A DNA stretch of 32,574 nt from Omnitrophica bacterium RIFCSPLOWO2_01_FULL_45_10b (GTDB taxonomy: Bacteria > Omnitrophota > Omnitrophia > Omnitrophales > Danuiimicrobiaceae): NCBI GenBank assembly GCA_001804205.1, contig MHFM01000011.1:21198-53771 (forward strand), given 5' to 3'. The notes under the pieces were generated by a model that searched no databases, was not told the origin of the DNA, and saw only the letters and a list, made by a program, of their open reading frames with translations. The position numbers were made by a program, and so were the translations under genes. This document shows, piece after piece, positions 1 to 6,934 of this stretch (position 1 is its first letter; the number at the start of each line of letters is the position of its first letter).

Positions 1-2
1 TG

Positions 3-545
3 ATTCAGGATCCGGGGCTTTTCCGGTTATTGGAAGATAAGTTGGATTGGTTTCTTTCTTGCGTTGCCAGTCATTCGTTTGGAAGCAAACAATGGGCTTT
101 TTTGGAAACGGTTATATGGCGCTCGGTGCGGATTAAGGCAAAGGTGGTAGAAGAAGATGAGCGGGAAATAAAGGGAAAACGCATGATTTTAAACTATGGC
201 CATACGTTTGCCCATGCTCTAGAGGGGGTTTCCGGCTTTAAAATGCCGCATGGCCGAGCAGTCGCTTGGGGCATGGTTTTAGCTGGAGAACTTGCCGTCC
301 GGATGGGAATTTTCCCGCAACAAGCTCAAAAACGTCAAAAAAAGCTGGTTTTTAAGCTTGGTTTTCCGTTACAATACCGATTCTCAGCCCGCAAAGCGTT
401 GTCCTTTATGAAGCATGATAAAAAGGCTGTGAATGGAAAACTGAAGCTAATTTTGCCTCGCAAAATCGGCCGGGTGGAAGTCAATGATCAAGTTTCAGAG
501 AAAGAGGTTTTGAAAGTGTTAAACCAGTTTGGGAGTACGTCATGA
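3..545 (+). CDS. aroB: 3-dehydroquinate synthase, C-terminal part (5'-truncated by window edge)
   Basis: Frame is open from base 3 (IQDPGLFRLLE...). DHQS motifs KAKVVEEDERE, LNYGHTFAHALE, HGRAVAWGM and MKHDKK are present. Confidence 0.93.
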   Translation: MQDPGLFRLLEDKLDWFLSCVASHSFGSKQWAFLETVIWRSVRIKAKVVEEDEREIKGKRMILNYGHTFAHALEGVSGFKMPHGRAVAWGMVLAGELAVRMGIFPQQAQKRQKKLVFKLGFPLQYRFSARKALSFMKHDKKAVNGKLKLILPRKIGRVEVNDQVSEKEVLKVLNQFGSTS

Positions 546-649
546 AAGGGAAGGTCATGCTTGTGGTTGGGTTCTTTATCGGCCTTGTGCTTGCGCACTG
601 GCTTAAGATAGTAGGAACTCAATATCTTTGGGTTTTGTTTTATCATTAA
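542..649 (+). CDS. Putative small membrane protein, 35 aa (MKGKVMLVVGFFIGLVLAHWLKIVGTQYLWVLFYH)
   Basis: ATG overlaps the aroB stop (ATGA), a GGGAG SD-like motif lies upstream, the core is hydrophobic and the ORF fills the aroB-dprA gap. It is below the ORF-track size cutoff. Confidence 0.5.
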   Translation: MKGKVMLVVGFFIGLVLAHWLKIVGTQYLWVLFYH

Positions 650-663
650 AAAATGTGAAGGCA

Positions 664-1758
664 ATGGAGCTTCAAAAAGCGGTCTGGACCCTCAATCAGC
701 TGCCGGATTTTGGAATTCAGAAATTTAAACGTTTGCGCGAAACCGTCCGCGATTTAAACCAACTTTTTGATCCGCAGTTTAGAATTCCTTCCGAATGGAC
801 CGCAGATTTATCCTCAAAATTTCAGGAGCTTTCAACTTCAGATAAGTTTGAACAAGAAATTGACAAATGCCGAAAAGCCGGCATTCGAATCCTTTCGCTT
901 TTAGATCCTGAATATCCGAAAAATCTTTCTGCCGTTTACGATCCTCCGCTTATTCTTTATATAAAAGGAAATTTCATTCCGGAAGATGAGGTTGCCATTG
1001 CGGTTGTGGGTTCGCGTCACCCTACTACATATGGCATTCGGATCGCAAACCGTTTGGCACGCGAACTTGCCGAAAAAGGCGTGACCGTTGTTTCAGGTTT
1101 TGCTCGCGGCATTGATGGCCAAGCGCATCGCGGGGCGATTTCTGCTAAGGGCCGAACGATTGCAGTACTTGGTTCGGGTCTTGACGTTATTTATCCGAAA
1201 GAGCACGAGTTGCTTTTCGAAGAGATTTCAGAACATGGCGCGCTTATCAGTGAGTTTCCGCTGGGCACGCCTCCTCAAGCATTTAATTTCCCAAAACGCA
1301 ACCGAATCATCAGCGGTCTTGCGCGCGGCGTGTTGGTTGTTGAAGCAAGCCAAAAAAGTGGATCGCTTATCACAGCCCGCCTTGCGGCAGAAGAAGGCAG
1401 GGAAGTGTATTCTGTTCCTGGGCCGATTGATTCAATTGTTTCAAGCGGTACGAATCAGCTCATTCAAACCGGCGCGAAACTCGTGATGCAAGCTGAGAAT
1501 ATTCTCGAAGATTTGGCCCCTCAAATTCGCGCTTCTTTAGATTCATTAGAAGTTTCATCTGAGAAAGTGACAGCTGAATCGAAGATCAGTAACGTCGAAG
1601 ACCCTTTGCTTAAATTATTGACGAATCAACCGCTTTCCTTTGATGAAATTGCCGTTGGTGTCAGCCAAAATCCCGCCCAGCTTCGTTCTCGTTTAACGTA
1701 TCTTGAGCTCGAAGGCATTGTGAAACGTGTTTTTGGCGGCCGCTATGTCAGAAGTTGA
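664..1758 (+). CDS. dprA: DNA-processing protein DprA (Smf)
   Basis: Motifs YPKNL..VYDPP, AVVGSR, VSGFARGID, SEFPLG...FPKRNRIISGL and SGSLITA, plus a C-terminal winged-helix (LELEG). ATG 664 preferred over TTG 628. Confidence 0.95.
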   Translation: MELQKAVWTLNQLPDFGIQKFKRLRETVRDLNQLFDPQFRIPSEWTADLSSKFQELSTSDKFEQEIDKCRKAGIRILSLLDPEYPKNLSAVYDPPLILYIKGNFIPEDEVAIAVVGSRHPTTYGIRIANRLARELAEKGVTVVSGFARGIDGQAHRGAISAKGRTIAVLGSGLDVIYPKEHELLFEEISEHGALISEFPLGTPPQAFNFPKRNRIISGLARGVLVVEASQKSGSLITARLAAEEGREVYSVPGPIDSIVSSGTNQLIQTGAKLVMQAENILEDLAPQIRASLDSLEVSSEKVTAESKISNVEDPLLKLLTNQPLSFDEIAVGVSQNPAQLRSRLTYLELEGIVKRVFGGRYVRS

Positions 1759-1772
1759 TATATTGCAATCAC

Positions 1773-1801
1773 TTGCAAAGGTAAAAGGCATTCGTTATAA
1801 T
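1773..1801 (+). promoter_or_regulatory. sigma70-type promoter for the RDD gene pair
   Basis: TTGCAA(1773-1778)-N17-TATAAT(1796-1801); SD AAAGGAG at 1853-1859 before ATG 1868. Confidence 0.7.
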
Positions 1802-1867
1802 AAAGTTCGTATTTAGTGCTGTTATTTGATAGTTCTTATGTGATTAACAACGAAAGGAGCATAAGTC

Positions 1868-2260
1868 ATGGCAAATGGAGGATCAGAAGTCCCCAAGGGA
1901 AAGCGCGTTATTTCTGCATTGGTTGATTTACTTGCTATTCCCATTCTGCTCGGCATTGTGGCGGGCCTTGTTTTAATTGCAGTGCCTGAAGGGATTCGCA
2001 ATGTGCTTTTAATTGCGCTCAATATCGGATGGCTTATTTTTCGAGACGTTGTATTTTCTCCCGGCCGCAAAATGGTTGGTTTGAAAGTGACCGGTGTGGA
2101 GGGCGGCAAAGTCACAATCGGGCAAGCGTTTATTCGAAATATTTTACTGATGGTTCCTTTTATTTTAGTCATTGGTTATATCGTTGAGATCATTTTCGTT
2201 CTTACAAAGGGAAATCGGCTGGCGGATGGATGGGCCAAGACCCACGTGGTTAGCGCTTAA
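1868..2260 (+). CDS. RDD family membrane protein
   Basis: RDD pattern KRVISALVDL, SPGRKMVGLKV, AFIRN, RLADGWAKTHVV; strong SD. Confidence 0.88.
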   Translation: MANGGSEVPKGKRVISALVDLLAIPILLGIVAGLVLIAVPEGIRNVLLIALNIGWLIFRDVVFSPGRKMVGLKVTGVEGGKVTIGQAFIRNILLMVPFILVIGYIVEIIFVLTKGNRLADGWAKTHVVSA

Positions 2261-2269
2261 ATCTTTATC

Positions 2270-3385
2270 TTGAGCTCAGAGCCGAGCGTTTCTAGCATCA
2301 TTAGTTTTTCTTGGCAAAAAACGAAGGAAATCCTGCTTCCTTTCGAGTTTAAACGGTGGCTTAAAATCTTGGTCATCGTATGGTTGGCAGGCCATTCTGC
2401 AGGTTTGGGCGGCAATTACCGATTTCCTCAGCAGCCCAAACCCAATCCGCAACAGTCACAGGAAAAACAAGTCCAGCTTGTTAATCAAGGGACACCCAAG
2501 CAGCCTAGCGTACAAGGCGAGACAAGTCTTTCTGGAGATCCTACTGCTTCGGAGCAAAAAGTTGCCATCGCCCCCACGCCTTTATCCGTAAAGACAAGCT
2601 CCGATTTCAAATTATCCCCATCAGCGATAGTCGCAATCCTTATCGCTACTCCGTTTGTCATCGCCTTAGCTTTATTTTTTGGTTGGTTGAGTGCGCGCTT
2701 CAATTTTGTTTTTATTGATTTGTTAGTTCGCCGCGATATCCGTATTCGAGAATCATTTCGAACGTATAAGACTTTTGGAAATTCCTACTTTTTGTGGTCG
2801 TTGGGCTTTACCCTGATCGCCATCCTTGTTCTTGGATTAAGCATACTTGGGATTATTTTTTCTGCTGCCAAGGCCAAAGCACTTCTTTTGTTATTTGTTC
2901 CGCTTGCGTTATTCGCTCTTCTTGCAGCCCTTGTGGTTGTTTTGCTGGTGAGCGATTTTGTGTTGCCGATGATGTATCGCGAAAGTTCCTTGAATACAAT
3001 GGAAGGATTAAAGAAGTTTTTTTCTTTTAGGGCAGGGATCGGGCGGATTGCATTTTATTTTTTGATTAAGATAGGGCTTGGTATTTTAGCGGGCATTTTT
3101 GCCTTAGTGATTGCTTTGGTGATTGGCATTGCTGCCTTTGTCATTGGATTATTGATTGCTTTGTTGGGAAGTTTGCTGCTAGGAGTTCTGCCGATTTTAA
3201 AACCAATTCTGATCGCTGTCGGTATTATCGGAATTACGGTTGGGGTGCTTGCGATTATTATCCTGCTCAGCTTCGCTACATTGCCCATTTCTATCTTTTT
3301 TGGTACGTTTACGCTGAGTTATCTTGCGCGTTTAATCCCAACTTATAATCTTCTCAACTCTCCGTCGTCCAGCTCTAACGCTTAA
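2270..3385 (+). CDS. Polytopic membrane protein of unknown function (possibly DUF7544-like) with a Q/P-rich loop
   Basis: 371-aa ORF with several long hydrophobic segments, N-terminal 'FKRWLKILVIVWLAG..AGLGGN' and a low-complexity PQQPKPNPQQSQ loop. The family name is tentative. Confidence 0.72.
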   Translation: MSSEPSVSSIISFSWQKTKEILLPFEFKRWLKILVIVWLAGHSAGLGGNYRFPQQPKPNPQQSQEKQVQLVNQGTPKQPSVQGETSLSGDPTASEQKVAIAPTPLSVKTSSDFKLSPSAIVAILIATPFVIALALFFGWLSARFNFVFIDLLVRRDIRIRESFRTYKTFGNSYFLWSLGFTLIAILVLGLSILGIIFSAAKAKALLLLFVPLALFALLAALVVVLLVSDFVLPMMYRESSLNTMEGLKKFFSFRAGIGRIAFYFLIKIGLGILAGIFALVIALVIGIAAFVIGLLIALLGSLLLGVLPILKPILIAVGIIGITVGVLAIIILLSFATLPISIFFGTFTLSYLARLIPTYNLLNSPSSSSNA

Positions 3386-3455
3386 AGAAACCCGCCTCAC
3401 ATAAGTCTTTTCGATGCGAAGATTAAGTGAAAACTATAAACGTCCGATAAACTTG

Positions 3456-3484
3456 TTTACAAATTTAGGCAAAACCCATATAAT
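3456..3484 (+). promoter_or_regulatory. sigma70-type promoter for thiS-topA-xerC
   Basis: TTTACA(3456-3461)-N17-TATAAT(3479-3484). Confidence 0.72.
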
Positions 3485-3662
3485 CTGAGCCATCGGGGAC
3501 AGATTAACTCCCCGATGGCTCATCCTGAGCCCGCCAACGATCTTTGGCGGGCGTAGGATTTCGATAAGGTAACCCTCTGCCAGCTTCATTGAACTTGAGT
3601 CTTAAATTTAATGAAGCTGGCGAGGGTGAGGGGTCGGAAAATATCTCGACCCCTCATATAAT
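3477..3662. repeat. 8-bp direct repeat CATATAAT flanking the hairpin element
   Basis: CATATAAT at 3477-3484 and at 3655-3662. Confidence 0.6.
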
Positions 3663-3674
3663 TTCAAAGTTACC
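3486..3674 (+). ncRNA. Putative structured leader or ncRNA (four consecutive hairpins), class unknown
   Basis: Stems 3486-3499/3509-3522 (14 bp perfect); 3523-3558 (TCCT/AGGA + 9 bp); 3572-3627 (ACCCTC/GAGGGT + 12 bp); 3627-3636/3647-3656 (10 bp). GGTAAC 3568-3573 is complementary to GTTACC 3669-3674. Confidence 0.5.
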
Positions 3675-3688
3675 GTTTTAGGTGAACA

Positions 3689-3898
3689 TTGGAAGCTATA
3701 AGCGTTTGTATTAATGGTAAAAAGCGTCAAGTGCCTGCTGGCACAACACTTGGAAGCTTAATTGACCTGTTTCAATTAAAGAACAAATCAGTTGCCCTTG
3801 AACTAAACCACCAGGTGATTGAGCGGGAAAGATATGCTGCCACTCACCTTAACGAAAACGATGCCATTGAGATCGTTCAATTCGTCGGTGGGGGATAG
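3689..3898 (+). CDS. thiS: Sulfur carrier protein ThiS (beta-grasp, ubiquitin-like)
   Basis: 69 aa with INGK, VALELN..VI and a C-terminal D.IEIVQFVGGG; TTG start with AGGTGA upstream. Confidence 0.9.
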   Translation: MEAISVCINGKKRQVPAGTTLGSLIDLFQLKNKSVALELNHQVIERERYAATHLNENDAIEIVQFVGGG

Positions 3899-3913
3899 AA
3901 AGGATTATAAGGA

Positions 3914-5995
3914 TTGGCTAAAAATCTAGTGATTGTGGAATCACCCGCCAAGGCGGGAACCATCAATAAATTCCTCGGTAAGGATTATGAAGTAGAAGCT
4001 TCTTTTGGCCACGTTCGAGATTTGCCCAAGAGCAAAATGGGTGTGGACCCAACGAACGGTTTTATCCCGCAATACGTCATTCCCACAAAAGCCAAAAAGA
4101 GAGTCAGCGCCTTAAAGAAGCAAGCCAAGGGAAAAGAAACGATTTACTTGGCCACGGATCCGGATCGGGAGGGAGAAGCCATCAGTTGGCATCTGGCCGC
4201 ATTGTTATCGGAGGATAACAATGCCGTAATTAAGCGGGTCATGTTTAATGAATTAACCAAGGAAGCAGTAAAAAACGCTTTCGAACACCCGCGCGGCATC
4301 GATCAAAATTTAGTCAACGCTCAACAAGCTCGCCGCGTTCTCGATCGAATTGTTGGATATGAATTAAGTCCTCTCCTTTGGCGCAAAGTCGGCCGCGGCT
4401 TAAGCGCTGGACGCGTTCAATCGGTTGCGCTCCGTTTAATTGTGGAACGGGAACGCGACATTCGAAATTTCAAGCCCGAAGAATATTGGTCGCTCCATGC
4501 GAAACTTTCTTCCACGCGTCCGTCTGAGGCAGAAAAAATATTTCAAGCGAAATTGGATCGCATCGGAAAGAAAAAAGCAGAACTAAAAAATGAAGCGGAT
4601 ACCTTAAAAATAAAATCCGCTTTAGAGAAAGAAACGTTCAAAGTCATTTCCGTCCAGAAAAAAGAGCGCAACCGAAAACCGCAAGCCCCTTATACCACCA
4701 GCAAACTTCAACAGGAAGCATATAACCGTCTCGGTTTCTCAGCGGCAAGGACCATGAAAATCGCTCAGATGCTTTACGAAGGAATTGAATTGGGCGAGGA
4801 AGGAAGCGTTGGGCTTATTACTTATATGCGCACAGACTCGGTCAATATTGCCGAAGTGGCGCGTAAAGAAGCCGCACAATTTGTTAAAGAGCACTTTGGC
4901 AAAGATCATCTTCCAAAAGTTCCTAACTTTTATCGTTCCAAAAAAGGCGCCCAGGAAGCGCACGAAGCGGTTCGGCCCACCTCCGTTTTTCGGGAGCCAG
5001 AGAAAATCAAATCGTTCCTCTCGGAAGAGCAATACAAATTATACGATTTAGTCTGGCGTAAATTCGTTGCCTCTCAAATGGCCGGCGCAGTTGATTTGGT
5101 TACATCCATTGAAATTCTTGCCGGATCCGAATATTTCTTCAAAGCCAGCGGAACCCGCAATTTATTTCCCGGCTTCCTTGCGGTGTTTGAGGATGCTTCG
5201 AAAGCGGCTAAAAAGAAGGAAGAAAATTCAGACGATGAAGAAGAAGGCGAGCAAGAGTTTCCTGAACTAGAGCAAAATGAATTGCTGAAACTCCATGAAT
5301 TGATTCCAGCGCAGCATTTCACCAAACCCCCAGCACGGTATAACGATGCCAGCCTTGTAAAAATCCTTGAAGAAGAAGGAATCGGCCGGCCAAGCACGTA
5401 CGCCCCAATTATCTATACGCTCGTAAGCCGCGATTATGTTGAACGAAAAGGGGGCGCTTTAATTCCCACAGAGCTGGCTGAAACTGTTATTGAGCTTTTG
5501 GTACAACATTTCCCTTATGTTTTAAATGTTCAGTTCACAGCTTTGATGGAAGAAGAGTTAGATAAAATTGAGGAAGGCGAACTGGATTGGGGCAAGGTGC
5601 TTCATGATTTTTATCAGCCGTTTGAAGAACATTTGAAAGAAGCAAAAGAGAAAATGAAAAATGTGCGCCAAGAACCAGTCCCGGCCAATGAAGATTGCGA
5701 GAAATGCGGCAAGCCCATGATGATCAAATGGGGACGGTTCGGAAAATTTGTGGCGTGTTCGGGCTTTCCAGAATGCCGCAGTACAAAACCCATTTCCACC
5801 GGTGTAGCGTGCCCAAAAGAAAACTGCGGCGGCTATCTCGTCAAGCGAAAAGGAAAAGGCGGCAGAAAGTTTTTTGGTTGTTCCAAGTATCCAAATTGCG
5901 ATTACATTGCAAATCAACTCCCAACTCAAAAAGTTGCCGGCGAGGAATCAGAAGAAAAACCACCTGAAGCAGATGAGGTGGATGCAGACGTTTGA
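3914..5995 (+). CDS. topA: DNA topoisomerase I (type IA)
   Basis: TOPRIM motifs LVIVESPAK and ATDPDREGEAI, SAGRVQS, catalytic GLITYMRTDS, AQEAHEAVRPT, GIGRPSTYA, and two C-terminal C4 zinc ribbons. Confidence 0.98.
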   Translation: MAKNLVIVESPAKAGTINKFLGKDYEVEASFGHVRDLPKSKMGVDPTNGFIPQYVIPTKAKKRVSALKKQAKGKETIYLATDPDREGEAISWHLAALLSEDNNAVIKRVMFNELTKEAVKNAFEHPRGIDQNLVNAQQARRVLDRIVGYELSPLLWRKVGRGLSAGRVQSVALRLIVERERDIRNFKPEEYWSLHAKLSSTRPSEAEKIFQAKLDRIGKKKAELKNEADTLKIKSALEKETFKVISVQKKERNRKPQAPYTTSKLQQEAYNRLGFSAARTMKIAQMLYEGIELGEEGSVGLITYMRTDSVNIAEVARKEAAQFVKEHFGKDHLPKVPNFYRSKKGAQEAHEAVRPTSVFREPEKIKSFLSEEQYKLYDLVWRKFVASQMAGAVDLVTSIEILAGSEYFFKASGTRNLFPGFLAVFEDASKAAKKKEENSDDEEEGEQEFPELEQNELLKLHELIPAQHFTKPPARYNDASLVKILEEEGIGRPSTYAPIIYTLVSRDYVERKGGALIPTELAETVIELLVQHFPYVLNVQFTALMEEELDKIEEGELDWGKVLHDFYQPFEEHLKEAKEKMKNVRQEPVPANEDCEKCGKPMMIKWGRFGKFVACSGFPECRSTKPISTGVACPKENCGGYLVKRKGKGGRKFFGCSKYPNCDYIANQLPTQKVAGEESEEKPPEADEVDADV

Positions 5996-6022
5996 TGTTG
6001 GGTTGTTTTGGTTTTCGTTATT

Positions 6023-6916
6023 ATGAGTGAGTCACATCTGTCAGCAGAAAGTTTCATCGTGCGTTTTCTCAACTTCCTTGAAGCTGAGAAGAATGCCTCC
6101 CCTCATACCATTAAAAACTACAAAGCCGACTTGGTAGAGTTTTTCCATTTTCTTGGAAAAAGTCCCTTGACTGATGTGAATTATCTTTCCATCCGCCGGT
6201 TTTTGGCTTATTTGAGGGAACGAGAGTTTTTGAAGAGTACGGTATCACGCAAGTTGGCTTGTTTGAAGTCGTTCTTTAAATATTTAACGCGCGAGCATTT
6301 GGTTTCCTCAAATCCGGCGAGCAGCATTGCCACTCCAAAGCGGGAACGGCGTTTGCCCTCCTTTTTAGAAACAGGCGAGGTGGAACGTTTGCTTGAGGCA
6401 GCTAAAGGAGATTCTTGGGAACGAAAACGGGATTTGGCAATTTTGGAAACGCTTTATAGTTCGGGGATTCGAGTCAGCGAATTGGTCGGTTTGAATTCAG
6501 ATGACGTTGATCTTTTAAGCAATCTTCTTAAGGTTCGCGGTAAAGGAAAAAAAGAGCGCATTGTTCCGATCGGCTCCTGTGCGGTGCAAGCGGTTAAAAA
6601 TTATCTCGATGCTTTGCCGGTTCATCTTCAAAACGGTTCCGTGCCTGTTTTTCTTAACCGTTCTAAGAATCGCCTTACCGATCGCAGCATTCGGCGGATT
6701 ATTTTAAGATGCGCAAGACGGGCGGAGATTAAAAAAGAAATTTCACCTCATACGCTTCGCCATACATTTGCAACGCATCTTTTAGACCGAGGGGCTGATC
6801 TCAGGAGCGTTCAGGAACTTTTAGGTCATTCTCATCTTTCAACGACACAAATTTATACTCATGTGACGGCACGGCGATTGCGTGAAGCTTATGATCAAGC
6901 GCATCCGAGGGCATAA
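6023..6916 (+). CDS. xerC: Tyrosine recombinase XerC
   Basis: YSSGIRVSEL, GKGKKERIVP, HTLRHTFATHLL, VQELLGH, TTQIYTHV, AHPRA; classic position after topA. ATG 6023 preferred. XerC versus XerD is assigned mainly by context. Confidence 0.88.
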   Translation: MSESHLSAESFIVRFLNFLEAEKNASPHTIKNYKADLVEFFHFLGKSPLTDVNYLSIRRFLAYLREREFLKSTVSRKLACLKSFFKYLTREHLVSSNPASSIATPKRERRLPSFLETGEVERLLEAAKGDSWERKRDLAILETLYSSGIRVSELVGLNSDDVDLLSNLLKVRGKGKKERIVPIGSCAVQAVKNYLDALPVHLQNGSVPVFLNRSKNRLTDRSIRRIILRCARRAEIKKEISPHTLRHTFATHLLDRGADLRSVQELLGHSHLSTTQIYTHVTARRLREAYDQAHPRA

Positions 6917-6934
6917 GGAGGCCGAACAAAATTT

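Noticed and set aside
249-257. AroB HGR instead of the usual HGE
   Set aside because: The metal-ligand His is retained and a single substitution does not support altered function.
1755-1778. FNR box or sigma54 promoter around TTGAT/TTGCA
   Set aside because: Spacing is wrong for TTGAT-N4-ATCAA, and there is no TGGCAC -24 element.
3467-3510. c-di-GMP-I-like GGCAAA..CC...GGGGAC
   Set aside because: No GNRA loop or following GCAAAGC, and the segment overlaps the promoter spacer.
3486-3660. Canonical TPP riboswitch call upstream of thiS
   Set aside because: The UGAGA junction between P3 and P2 and the typical P5 loop are missing; only a partial resemblance is reported as a finding.
3627-3665. 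H4 as an intrinsic terminator
   Set aside because: The stem is strong but is followed by UAUAAUUUC, not a U-tract; at best weak.
6023-6916. Tyrosine recombinase as a mobile-element integrase
   Set aside because: Sequence and topA-linked context fit housekeeping XerC; no att sites, cargo genes or dif-like site were seen.
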